DNA of 64,000 nt, taken from positions 2,176,001-2,240,000 of the forward strand of contig OZ243972.1 in the NCBI GenBank assembly GCA_965214705.1, in the 5' to 3' direction. Below, piece by piece: positions 10,621 through 19,751 of this stretch. The notes beneath the pieces are model-generated. The model searched no databases and was not told where the DNA came from. It saw nothing but the letters and a program-made list of their open reading frames with translations. Origin of the DNA: Alphaproteobacteria bacterium (GTDB lineage Bacteria; Pseudomonadota; Alphaproteobacteria; UBA828). The position numbers were made by a program, and so were the translations under genes. How positions within the stretch are numbered: the stretch's first letter is position 1; the number at the start of each line of letters is the position of its first letter.

Positions 10621-11457
10621 CTATTGCCGCGCCTTTCGGCAGACGATCTCGATGGGCACGGCACGATGCTCCCTCAGCGCCTGCGCCGAGTTCGCCATCG
10701 CCTCTTCGGCAAGCGCGCCGTGGATCAACGAGACGGCGCGGTGCAGCGGTTGTCCGCCGGCTTCGACCGTTGCGCGCGAGCGGGCGGCGTAGGCGAGCGC
10801 CGTCTCCGTCGTCTCCCGCAGAGTCTCGATGGCAAACCCCGAGGCCTCCAGGTTCTCTCGGGTCTCCGCCGGGGTCGCGAGAAAACTCGTCGCGGCGGTC
10901 CGCGCCCACGGCGTCGGGTAGTCTGGTGCGCCGCCCGGTCCCTGCGCCGCCTCCGACAGACTCAGCCAGCCGCCGGGCTTGAGCACGCGGTGGATCTCGC
11001 GATAGAGCGCGCACTTGTCGGCGATGTTCATGGAGACGTTCATCGAGTAGGCGCCGTCGAACACGGCGTCGCCGAACGGCATCGCCAGCGCGTCGCCCTG
11101 CTGGAAGGAGGCTCGGTCCGTAAGCCCAAGCAGCGTCGTCAGGTGCGTCGCGATGTCGCAGAATTCGGCGGTCAGATCGATGCCATCCACCCGGCAGCCG
11201 AAGCGTTCCGCCATGTAGCGCGCCGGCCCGCCGAGGCCGCTGCCGACATCGAGAATACGGTCCGTCTCTGCGATCTGGAGCAGGTTCGCCATGTCCTCGG
11301 TCGCCTCCAGGCCGCGGCCGTGGAAATGATCGTAGGGAGCTAAAGCCTCAGCGGTCGGGCGCGCCGGATCGGCTTCGTCCTCCCGCAGCCGTGCCTCCAG
11401 CCGCGCGAGCAGGTCGCCGCTCGTGTAATGGGCGGCAATATCGGAGGTCCCGGTCAT
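10621..11457 (-). CDS. Class I SAM-dependent methyltransferase
   Basis: DHFHGRGLEAT, ILDVGSGLGG, GDALAMPF, RVLKPGG; ATGA overlap with upstream gene. Confidence 0.9.
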   Translation of the reverse strand: MTGTSDIAAHYTSGDLLARLEARLREDEADPARPTAEALAPYDHFHGRGLEATEDMANLLQIAETDRILDVGSGLGGPARYMAERFGCRVDGIDLTAEFCDIATHLTTLLGLTDRASFQQGDALAMPFGDAVFDGAYSMNVSMNIADKCALYREIHRVLKPGGWLSLSEAAQGPGGAPDYPTPWARTAATSFLATPAETRENLEASGFAIETLRETTETALAYAARSRATVEAGGQPLHRAVSLIHGALAEEAMANSAQALREHRAVPIEIVCRKARQ

Positions 11458-12587
11458 GGGGAGACCCCCGCGCGCTTTTGCGGCTTGAACACCCCCGCCA
11501 CGTCTTTGAGGCCGAGGGAGTTCGCCGTGAGCGCCAGGCTGGACCGAACCCTGCGGGGCAGAGGGATGCCTTCCGCGCGCCGGCGGGCTCGCATCTCCTC
11601 CTCCGGCTCGCCGGGGAGGCGCACCCGCTCGTGTCCCGGTGCGGCGCGAGCGCTGCGCACGAAGGCGACGTAACGGTCGAGCTCCGGCCACATCAGCTCC
11701 TCGGTGCCGAAGCGCGCAGGGTCGAGCAGGATGGAGAGCATGTTGTTCTCCAGCGTCTTGTGGCCCGCCCGGCCGCAGCCGCCGCCGGTGAGCGCGCCCG
11801 CGAGCAGCTCGCACATGATGCTGATGCCGGAGCCCTTGTGCTCGCCCATGGCGCGCACGGCGGCAGAGCCCGTGCGCTGGTCGTGGGGCTGGGTGCCGTC
11901 CAGGGAGCCGTAAATGGCGTTGGGATCGGTGGTGAGCGTGCCGTCCCGATCGATCAGAGCGCCCTCCGGCAGCGGCTTGCCGCCGTTGAGCGCGACCAGC
12001 ACCTTGCCCTCGGCCACGATGGACGTCGCGCAGTCGAGCACCAGCGGCGGCCCCTCCGGCATCGGCACGCCGAAGCAGACCGGATTGGTGGACATGCGCC
12101 GCTCGGTGCCGCCGAAGGGCGCCACCAACATGCCGAGCCCGCTGGTGTTGACGAAGTGGATCGAGAGCAGCCCGTGGGCGGCCGCAAGCTCGGCCCAGTC
12201 GCCGACCCGCCCCAGGTGGCCCGAGTTGCGCAGGCCCACGACGGCAACGCCGTACTCGCGCGCCTTCTCGACGCCCAGCGTGATCGCCTCTTCGCCGATG
12301 GTCTGGCCGAAGCCGTGGTCGCCGTCCAGCACTGCGACGGCGCCCGCGTCCATTACTGTCTTGATGTGCCGGCCGGCGTGTACGGCGCTGGTGTCGAGCC
12401 AATGGACATAGCGCGGCACCCGAATGACGCCGTGGCTGTCGTGCCCGGTGAGGTTGGATTCGACCAGATAGCGGGCGATGCGCGCACTCTCGGCCTTGTC
12501 GCAGCCTGCGGCCATGAAGATCGCGGCCACGGCCTCCCTCAGCCGCCCGGCATCGATCGCGAGGGCGTCTTGCTCGGCAACGTTCAT
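11454..12587 (-). CDS. Ldh_2 family (malate/L-lactate/ureidoglycolate) dehydrogenase
   Basis: GHDSHGV, HLGRVG, STNP, GEHKGSG, RLPGEPE. Confidence 0.9.
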   Translation of the reverse strand: MNVAEQDALAIDAGRLREAVAAIFMAAGCDKAESARIARYLVESNLTGHDSHGVIRVPRYVHWLDTSAVHAGRHIKTVMDAGAVAVLDGDHGFGQTIGEEAITLGVEKAREYGVAVVGLRNSGHLGRVGDWAELAAAHGLLSIHFVNTSGLGMLVAPFGGTERRMSTNPVCFGVPMPEGPPLVLDCATSIVAEGKVLVALNGGKPLPEGALIDRDGTLTTDPNAIYGSLDGTQPHDQRTGSAAVRAMGEHKGSGISIMCELLAGALTGGGCGRAGHKTLENNMLSILLDPARFGTEELMWPELDRYVAFVRSARAAPGHERVRLPGEPEEEMRARRRAEGIPLPRRVRSSLALTANSLGLKDVAGVFKPQKRAGVSP

Positions 12588-12589
12588 TG

Positions 12590-13681
12590 TCAGGCTCCGG
12601 ACGGCGGGCGTGGGTCGGGCGGCGGGCGCGGCTCGGTCTCGCCCCAGGCGACGCGGCCGTCGGTGGACAGCATCACCGCGATGGGCCGCGTGCGCGGGAA
12701 GTGGGCGAAAATGATCATCGCGATCACGGTGATAGGCACGCAGAGGAACATCCCCGGCACGCCCCAGATCGTACCCCACACGGCAAGCGAGATCAGGGTC
12801 GCGAAGGGGCTGATGTTGAGGGACGAGCCCATCAGCATCGGCTCCAGGAAGTTGCCGACGAAGACCTGGATCACCGCGAGGCTCGGCGTGACGATGAGGA
12901 AGGGCACGAAGGTGTCGAACTGGACCAGCGCCAGCAGGGCCGGGAAGAGGATGCCGAGCAGCGAGCCGATGGTCGGGATGTAGTTCAGCAGGAAGATGAT
13001 GACCACCCAGAACCCGGCGAAATCGAGGCCGACCGCCGCCAGCACGGCATAGCTGAGCCCCGCCGTGAGCGCGCTGGTGAAGGTCTTGATCCAGAGATAG
13101 TTCTGAATCTCCTGGGTCATGTGACTGAGGATCTTGTGGACCCGCTCCTCCCGCTCCGGGTCGGGGAAGAGCGCCTTCATCTTGCGGTCGAAGCTGCCCT
13201 GCTCGACGAAGAGGAAGAGCATGTAGACCAGGATGAGTCCGGCTTCGCCCGCGATCCCGGTCAGCGTTGTGGCAAGGCGGCCGACCACCGCACTGAAGTC
13301 GATGCGATCAACAATATCGGCGACATTCGGCGTTTCCTGCATCCCGAACAGCGCCGCCACCTCGCCGATCAGCCGCTGCAGATTGGCCTGATAAGTGGGA
13401 ATGGCATCGACGACGGCGCTGAAGTTGCCGCTCACCATCTCGGCCAGCGACATGACCGCCGCGACGACGGCGAGCGCCGTGAGCGCAAGCGCGGCCCAGC
13501 GTGGCGGGCGAACGCCGCGTATGCTGAGCTTCATGATCCCGCGCGCGATGGCGTTGATCAGGTACCAGGCCATGACCGCGATGGCGATCGGGATCAGGAT
13601 GTTCCGCCCGGAGATGAGGAGGTAAATGGTGAGGGCGGCGATGCCGGCCGAGGCGGCGAAGAGGATGAGGCGTGACTGCAT
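12590..13681 (-). CDS. AI-2E family transporter
   Basis: LNYIPTIG, GNFLEPMLMG, WGTIWGVPGMFLCVP; multiple TM segments. Confidence 0.88.
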   Translation of the reverse strand: MQSRLILFAASAGIAALTIYLLISGRNILIPIAIAVMAWYLINAIARGIMKLSIRGVRPPRWAALALTALAVVAAVMSLAEMVSGNFSAVVDAIPTYQANLQRLIGEVAALFGMQETPNVADIVDRIDFSAVVGRLATTLTGIAGEAGLILVYMLFLFVEQGSFDRKMKALFPDPEREERVHKILSHMTQEIQNYLWIKTFTSALTAGLSYAVLAAVGLDFAGFWVVIIFLLNYIPTIGSLLGILFPALLALVQFDTFVPFLIVTPSLAVIQVFVGNFLEPMLMGSSLNISPFATLISLAVWGTIWGVPGMFLCVPITVIAMIIFAHFPRTRPIAVMLSTDGRVAWGETEPRPPPDPRPPSGA

Positions 13682-13762
13682 GAGGGGTGCCCGTGCGGAG
13701 CGCTCGCGGCATTGTTGGGCCGGGCCGGGCAACGGTCAACCGGCCGGGGCCGGGATGGGCGC

Positions 13763-14380
13763 ATGACCGGGGAGCCTGAAGAGCGACGGAGGCCGGGGCC
13801 GCTCCGCAGGCTCTACGACTGGACGCTGGCGCTCGCCGGCAAGCGGCACGCCATCTGGGCGCTCGCCGCCGTGGCCTTCGCCGAAAGCTCGTTCTTCCCG
13901 ATCCCGCCGGACTTGCTGCTGATCCCCATGGTGCTCGCGCAACGCGCCAAGGCGTGGCTGCTGGCGGGCGTCTGCACGCTCTTCTCGGTCGCGGGCGGCC
14001 TCTTCGGCTACGCCATCGGCTACTTCCTCTTCGATGCCTTCGGCGGCCCGCTGCTCGAGCTTTGGGGCCACGAGGACAAGCTCGCCACCTTCGAGCACTA
14101 CCGCGACGAGTGGGGCGCTTGGATCGTCGTCGCCGGTGGCTTCACCCCGCTCCCCTACAAGCTGATCACCATCGCGAGCGGCGCAGGCAAGCTCGACATC
14201 GGCGTGTTCATCATCGCCTCGCTGCTCGCGCGGGGGCTTCGCTTCTACATCGTGGCGGCGATTCTCTGGCAGTTCGGCCCGCCGGCCCGCGCCTTAATCG
14301 AGCGCCACCTGGGCTGGGTGGCGTTGGCCGCCGTCGCCATTCTGATCGCCGCGGTGCTGGCGATCCGCTTCGCCGGCTAG
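13763..14380 (+). CDS. YqaA/DedA (SNARE-associated) membrane protein
   Basis: FAESSFFPIPPD, GFTPLPYK, RGLRF. Confidence 0.9.
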   Translation: MTGEPEERRRPGPLRRLYDWTLALAGKRHAIWALAAVAFAESSFFPIPPDLLLIPMVLAQRAKAWLLAGVCTLFSVAGGLFGYAIGYFLFDAFGGPLLELWGHEDKLATFEHYRDEWGAWIVVAGGFTPLPYKLITIASGAGKLDIGVFIIASLLARGLRFYIVAAILWQFGPPARALIERHLGWVALAAVAILIAAVLAIRFAG

Positions 14381-14997
14381 AACCGACGCTCAGCGATGAG
14401 CGCGTCGGGCATCTTCGCCTGGCGCAGGTACTGCGCCAGCATGTGCATGATCGACTGGTGGATGTCCTCGATCACGCCGTAGTTGTCGCCGTCCACGTGA
14501 AGGTTGACCGTGGCGAGCGGCGCCGAACGCCCGCCGTCGAAACCGGTGAGCGCGATGCTCTCCAGGCCGTTCGCCGCGGCCCAATCAAGCGCACGGACGA
14601 TGTTCTCCGAATCGCCGGAGGACGAGATGGTCATCAGCAGGTCGCCGGCGCGCGCTGCGGTCCCGAGCTGATAGAGGAAGCAGTCCTCGAAGGCGATGTC
14701 GTTGGCGATCGCGGTCACCATCTCCAGGTTCGCGCTCAGGCTCATCACCCGCGGTTGCACGCCGGTGTCGGTCTGCACGCCCTTGGCGACGTCGCAGAGT
14801 AGGTGGTTGGCGATCGCCGCCGAGCCGCCGTTGCCGCAGACGAAGAGCCATGCGCTGCGGTCGAACGCGGCATCGAGCATGTCCGCAGCACGGGCGAGCG
14901 CGGCGCGGTCGATGGAGGCACCGGCCTGCGCCAGCCGGGTCAGGTAATCGTCGCAGTAGTCCGCGATCGAGGGGTAGCCCTTGTCGGGGAAGGTCAT
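14377..14997 (-). CDS. gmhA: SIS-domain phosphoheptose isomerase (GmhA-like)
   Basis: CGNGGSAA, TAIAND, ISSSGDSEN, LTGFDGG, IEDIH. Confidence 0.8.
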   Translation of the reverse strand: MTFPDKGYPSIADYCDDYLTRLAQAGASIDRAALARAADMLDAAFDRSAWLFVCGNGGSAAIANHLLCDVAKGVQTDTGVQPRVMSLSANLEMVTAIANDIAFEDCFLYQLGTAARAGDLLMTISSSGDSENIVRALDWAAANGLESIALTGFDGGRSAPLATVNLHVDGDNYGVIEDIHQSIMHMLAQYLRQAKMPDALIAERRF

Positions 14998-15070
14998 GGG
15001 TCCCCTGCGAAAAACGAAACCGATGTGCAGCGGCGGCGCGCAGGGCCTACACGCCGCCGCTTGGGTCAGG

Positions 15071-15616
15071 CTAGGGTGTGATGCCCTCGCTCTTCAGGCC
15101 GAGCACGCCCTGCTCCTCGATCAGCTCGAGGATCTGCTCGTCGTTGCGCATCCAGCGCCGCGCCTTCTTGTCCTTCGCCTCCAGGCCGCGCTCCTTGGCC
15201 CACTGGCGGACGAAGCCGTTGGCGCCCCGCCACTTGCCGCCCTCGGGCCGCACGAACTGCACCGCGAAGGTGGTAATGCCGTAGTTGGTCGTGAACAGGC
15301 CGTCGACCGTCACCCGTTGATTGCAGAAGGGGATGAGATCGACCGTCGGCCCGGTGAAGGGGCCCGCGTTCTTGAGCGGCAACACCAGGGTGCCGTCGTC
15401 CTGCAGCAGGCCGAGGAGCCGATTGCCGGCGCCGCAGTCCTCGGGACAGTCGCCGCTGAGGACGCAGAGCACGTCGGTCACCTTGGCGTCGAAGCGCGCC
15501 TCGACCTCGTCGGGCAGCCCCCAGCTGTTGGCGGCGGAGGCGACGCCGGCGGCCGCCATGGAGCCTGCGAACACGAGGGCAGCGATGAAGCGTGTCATCG
15601 TGCGATGGGCCGGCAT
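15071..15616 (-). CDS. Conserved hypothetical exported protein with D-x-x-C...CxxxC
   Basis: Signal-peptide-like N-terminus (..AGVASA), VTDVLCVLSGDCPEDCGAG; starts 2 nt after the upstream stop. Confidence 0.7.
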   Translation of the reverse strand: MPAHRTMTRFIAALVFAGSMAAAGVASAANSWGLPDEVEARFDAKVTDVLCVLSGDCPEDCGAGNRLLGLLQDDGTLVLPLKNAGPFTGPTVDLIPFCNQRVTVDGLFTTNYGITTFAVQFVRPEGGKWRGANGFVRQWAKERGLEAKDKKARRWMRNDEQILELIEEQGVLGLKSEGITP

Positions 15617-15618
15617 GA

Positions 15619-16068
15619 CTAGAGCCCTCCCGGCTGAACGTCGAAGTCCTCGTGGGAGTAGTTCACGATCCCATGGTCTTCGACGATCTCGCTGACGGCG
15701 AGATAGTTGACGCTGTCGCGCTGGTAGAGATCGCCGGTGACAACGACCTCGTTGGTCTGCATGCGGAAGATCGCCTTGTTGCCGATCACGTCGGGATTGT
15801 TCTCCATCATGAGCACGACGTAGACCTCCTCGTCGTCCTCGCTCAGGATGCCGACCGGCACCCCGCCCCGCGCGCACCAGACCGCGCAGCGGTGATGGGC
15901 CGAGCCCGTCGCCCACATGATCTCGCTCAGGTAGCACCAGGAATCGATGACCTCGCCGGTCACCGTGATCCGCTGTGGCTCCGCCGCCGAGGCCGGTGCT
16001 GCGGCAACGGCCGCGAGCCCCATGCCTCCGGCGACCAAGCCTGCGGCCGCCAACCGTATCAAACGCAT
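15619..16068 (-). CDS. Conserved hypothetical exported protein with HHxCxxxC
   Basis: Signal-peptide-like N-terminus, GEVIDSWCY...HHRCAVWCARGGVPVGIL. Confidence 0.7.
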   Translation of the reverse strand: MRLIRLAAAGLVAGGMGLAAVAAAPASAAEPQRITVTGEVIDSWCYLSEIMWATGSAHHRCAVWCARGGVPVGILSEDDEEVYVVLMMENNPDVIGNKAIFRMQTNEVVVTGDLYQRDSVNYLAVSEIVEDHGIVNYSHEDFDVQPGGL

Positions 16069-16359
16069 AGTCTTCACCCCCGCGTTGCGGTTTTCGTCGC
16101 GTAACGTTCCGCGCGCGATGGCGTCGCGCGCCTTGTTGCCATTGATATTGGTCCGGGCGGCGCTCTTCGCAAGAATGCCGATCGGGCCCAGCACGCGCGA
16201 GCGACACTAACAAGCTTCGCCCGCACTCGCCATGCGAGCGCCGGCTTCGACCGTGCAACAGTTCGTGAAGGGCCGCGGGCGTTTCGCGAGCGCGCCAAAG
16301 GGTCTACAACCCCGGCAGCGCGGCGATCGCTGCGGCGCACAGGCGGGAGGGTTCGGCCG

Positions 16360-17949
16360 ATGAGGGATTTTCAGCATCCGGGGCGGTCCATGGTCCACGG
16401 CACGCGCGGCATGGCGGCGACCTCGCACCCCCTGGCGACGGCGACGGCGATCGAGGTGCTGCGCGCGGGCGGCAACGCGGTGGATGCCGCGATCGCGGCC
16501 TGCGCCGTCCAGGGCGTGGTCGAGCCGCAGTCCACCGGCATCGGCGGCGACTGCTTCGCGCTCTATGCCCCTGGCGGCCGGGTGCCGCCCTACGCCATCA
16601 ACGGCTCAGGCCGGGCACCGGCGGCGGCGAGCGTGGACTGGTTCCGGGAGCAGGGCATCGACGCCATCGGCTTCGAAAGCGCGCACGCCGTCACCGTGCC
16701 GGGCGCCGTCGGCACCTGGGAGCGGCTGCTCGCGGACCACGGCACCAAGGGCCTCGACGAGGTGTTGCAGCCGGCCATCCGCTACGCCGAGGAAGGCTTC
16801 GTCGTCCACAGCCGCGTCGCCCACGACTGGGCGAATGCGGCCGATGACAAGCTCCACGCCTGCGAGAACGCTCGCGCGATCTACCTGCCCGGCGGGCGCC
16901 CGCCCGCCGCCGGCACCCTGCACCGGCTGCCGGCACTGGCGGAAACGCTGCGACTGATCGCGAAGGAGGGTGCAGCCGCCTTCTACAGGGGCGCCATTGC
17001 GGACGACATCGTGTCCCACCTCGCCGCCTACGGCAGCCTGATGACGGCGGACGACCTCGCCGGCTTCGAGCCTCAGGCGGTGGAGCCCATCAGCGCCAAC
17101 TACCGGGGCTACGACATATACGAGTGCCCGCCCAACGGGCAGGGCATCATCGCGTTGCTGATCCTCAACATGCTCGAAGGCTTCGAGCTTGCCGGGCTCG
17201 ACCCGGTGGGCGCCGAGCGGTTGCACCTGGAGGCCGAGGCGAGCCGCCTCGGCTACCGCGACCGCGCAGCCTTGATCGCCGATCCCGATGCGGTCAGCGT
17301 GCCGGTGGACGCGCTGCTCTCCACCCAATACGCCGATGCCATGCGCCGCCACATCGACCCAGCGCGCGCCATGCCCGCGGAACTGCCGCCGGGCTACCCG
17401 GCCCACGGCGATACCGTCTACCTCACCGTGGTGGATGGCGAGGGCAACGTGATCTCCTTCATCAACTCGCTGTTCGCGTCCTTCGGCACCGGGCTCTGCA
17501 CGCCGTCCGGCGTGCTGCTGCAGAACCGGGGCGCGAGCTTCGTCATCGACGCGGACCACCCCAACCGCATCGCAGGCGGCAAGCGGCCCATGCACACCAT
17601 CATTCCCGGCATGGTGGGCCAGGGCAAGCACGCCGTGATGCCCTTCGGCGTGATGGGCGGGCACTTCCAGGCCTGCGGCCACGCCCACTTCCTCACCAAC
17701 GTGATCGACTACGGCATGGACCCGCAGGCGGCGCTGGATTGCCCCCGCGCCTTCCACTTCGGCGGCGTCATGGCGTTGGAGACCACCATCGCCGAGACGA
17801 CCGCCCGGCGCCTCGCCGCCCTCGGTCACGATGTCGCGTGGGCGGCGATGCCCCACGGCGGCGGTCAGGCCATCGCGATCGAGCGCGAGACCGGCGTGCT
17901 GACCGGCGGCTCCGACCCCCGCAAGGACGGCTGCGCCCTGGGGATTTGA
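16360..17949 (+). CDS. ggt: Gamma-glutamyltransferase
   Basis: GGNAVDAAIA, GIGGD, DTVYLTVVD (Thr nucleophile), KRPMHTI, GGSDPRKDG. Confidence 0.95.
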   Translation: MRDFQHPGRSMVHGTRGMAATSHPLATATAIEVLRAGGNAVDAAIAACAVQGVVEPQSTGIGGDCFALYAPGGRVPPYAINGSGRAPAAASVDWFREQGIDAIGFESAHAVTVPGAVGTWERLLADHGTKGLDEVLQPAIRYAEEGFVVHSRVAHDWANAADDKLHACENARAIYLPGGRPPAAGTLHRLPALAETLRLIAKEGAAAFYRGAIADDIVSHLAAYGSLMTADDLAGFEPQAVEPISANYRGYDIYECPPNGQGIIALLILNMLEGFELAGLDPVGAERLHLEAEASRLGYRDRAALIADPDAVSVPVDALLSTQYADAMRRHIDPARAMPAELPPGYPAHGDTVYLTVVDGEGNVISFINSLFASFGTGLCTPSGVLLQNRGASFVIDADHPNRIAGGKRPMHTIIPGMVGQGKHAVMPFGVMGGHFQACGHAHFLTNVIDYGMDPQAALDCPRAFHFGGVMALETTIAETTARRLAALGHDVAWAAMPHGGGQAIAIERETGVLTGGSDPRKDGCALGI

Positions 17950-18027
17950 GGAGGGCTGGTTCGCCGGGACAATGTACGAAGGCCGTACAGTTGATCATAG
18001 TATTATCTGACATGCAGAATTAATTTA

Positions 18028-18705
18028 GTGATGAAATTAGAAGAGAAAAATTCAGAGAGGAGTGCGATTCGCCTATTGTATGACAACATAATCGACTTTA
18101 AGGGTGCCGCCGAGCATGTCGAGTCAGAAATCAGACGTCTCGGTATACTTTACGACAGTTGGGAGGAGATGCCTGGCACTGAGGGCCGCATTCATCACGA
18201 AATGTGGGTGTCGTACAAGACCGTCTCACACTTCAACATTGGGACGGCACTGGAGTTGATGCTCAAACTAATCCTCCATCTCCAAAGTATTCCTTGGAGC
18301 GATATCCCTAAAGGCCAACGTCACTCATTGACTCGTTTATACGACAAGATGCCTGCTCAACATAAAGATTGGCTTGAAATCAAATACAGAGCTACCAAGA
18401 GAGGTCTTCCAGAAGGCCTAGCATTTTTGGGATTTGTTAATAGGTCACCGGATGCGCCTGGACCCGAATATAGCGCACCAAGCCGAGAAGTGTATCGCCT
18501 CAGAGGGTTGTTAGAGTATTTGGACGAAAATGCAAAATTGTGGAAGACGCGTTATTCATGGGAATCGATGCTAGAAAACAACTGGCGCTATTATTTGAAT
18601 GATGTTTCAGTCCTTTCAGAACTGATTGATCGCGTCTTGAGCGAAATACCCCGAGACAATCCAGTGTTGAAATTAGAGTCGGCGACAAAAGTGCCTAGAA
18701 AATGA
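18028..18705 (+). CDS. Hypothetical protein, HEPN-like
   Basis: AT-rich island ORF; ALELMLK, RHSLTRLY and KTRY resemble the HEPN E-xxLK / H-x-L / RY pattern. Confidence 0.6.
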   Translation: MMKLEEKNSERSAIRLLYDNIIDFKGAAEHVESEIRRLGILYDSWEEMPGTEGRIHHEMWVSYKTVSHFNIGTALELMLKLILHLQSIPWSDIPKGQRHSLTRLYDKMPAQHKDWLEIKYRATKRGLPEGLAFLGFVNRSPDAPGPEYSAPSREVYRLRGLLEYLDENAKLWKTRYSWESMLENNWRYYLNDVSVLSELIDRVLSEIPRDNPVLKLESATKVPRK

Positions 18706-18761
18706 GTACGTCGCGAGCATTGTAATTCGCCACTAGAATCCGAGACGATGTGAGTGATCCC

Positions 18762-19751
18762 TCACCCCGGCAGGCACCCCGCCTCCACCGCGCGCTGCTT
18801 CACCAGCGCGTAGACCATGTCGATGGCAGGGGTTGGCACACCCACCAGGCGGCCGATCTCGCTGATCACGCCGACCAGCGCTTCGATCTCCATGGGCCGG
18901 CCCAGGTTGAGGTCCTGAAGCATCGAGGTGCGGTGCGCGCCCACCTGCTCGGCGCCTTCGATGCGCTTATCCACGTTGATGGCGAAGCGCGCGCCGAGCG
19001 CCTCGCCCACCGCTTGCCCCTCCGCCATCATGGCGCGGACCACGGCGCGGGTGCCGGCGTCGCGCGCGATGTCCTCCAGCGTGGCGCCCGTGAGTGCGCT
19101 CACCGGGTTGAAGGCGAGGTTGCCCCAGAGCTTGACCCAGATATCCGAGCGGATGTCGGGCCGCACCGGCGACTTGAAGCCGGCGGCGATGAAGGCCCGG
19201 CTCAGCGCCTGCACCCGCTCGCTGCGCGACCCGTCCGGCTCGCCGAAGGGCAGGCGCTTCTGGCTGAGATGGCCGGATATCTCGATCACGCCGGGCTCGA
19301 CGATCTCGCCCGCCGCGAAGATGACGCAGCCGATGGCGCGCTCCGGCCCGATCAGCTCCCACTGGGTGCCGTCGGGGTCCACGGCGGCGATACGCCGGCC
19401 CTCGTAGGGACCTTCCAGCTTGTGAAAGTACCACCAGGGGATGCCGTTGGACGCCGTGACCACCGCGGTCTCCGGCCCGAGCAGCGGCTGCAAACGTTCG
19501 CAGATGCCCGACACCGAGTGCGCCTTCAGGGTGATGATGACGGCGTCCTGCGGGCCAAGCTCCGCCGGATCGTCAGTTGCGCGGATCTCGGCCCGGCGCT
19601 CCTCGCCCCCGGCGCGCACGCGCACGCCGCCTGCCTGCATGGCCGCGAGATGGGGCCCGCGCGCGATCAGCGAAACCTCCGCGCCGCCTTCCGCAAGCTC
19701 CAGCCCGAAGTAGGCGCCGATGGCCCCGGCACCGACAATGCAGATCTTCAC
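18762..19751 (-). CDS. 2-dehydropantoate 2-reductase family protein (PanE2/oxalyl-CoA reductase-like)
   Basis: [35 protein letters not shown]; GTGA overlap with upstream ligase. Confidence 0.88.
   Translation of the reverse strand: MKICIVGAGAIGAYFGLELAEGGAEVSLIARGPHLAAMQAGGVRVRAGGEERRAEIRATDDPAELGPQDAVIITLKAHSVSGICERLQPLLGPETAVVTASNGIPWWYFHKLEGPYEGRRIAAVDPDGTQWELIGPERAIGCVIFAAGEIVEPGVIEISGHLSQKRLPFGEPDGSRSERVQALSRAFIAAGFKSPVRPDIRSDIWVKLWGNLAFNPVSALTGATLEDIARDAGTRAVVRAMMAEGQAVGEALGARFAINVDKRIEGAEQVGAHRTSMLQDLNLGRPMEIEALVGVISEIGRLVGVPTPAIDMVYALVKQRAVEAGCLPG

Noticed and set aside
9400-11457. Sterol reductase plus methyltransferase as a sterol-tailoring pair
   Set aside because: The genes are convergent, the methyltransferase is coupled to an Ldh_2 gene, and it lacks the YEYGWG-like motif of sterol C24 methyltransferases
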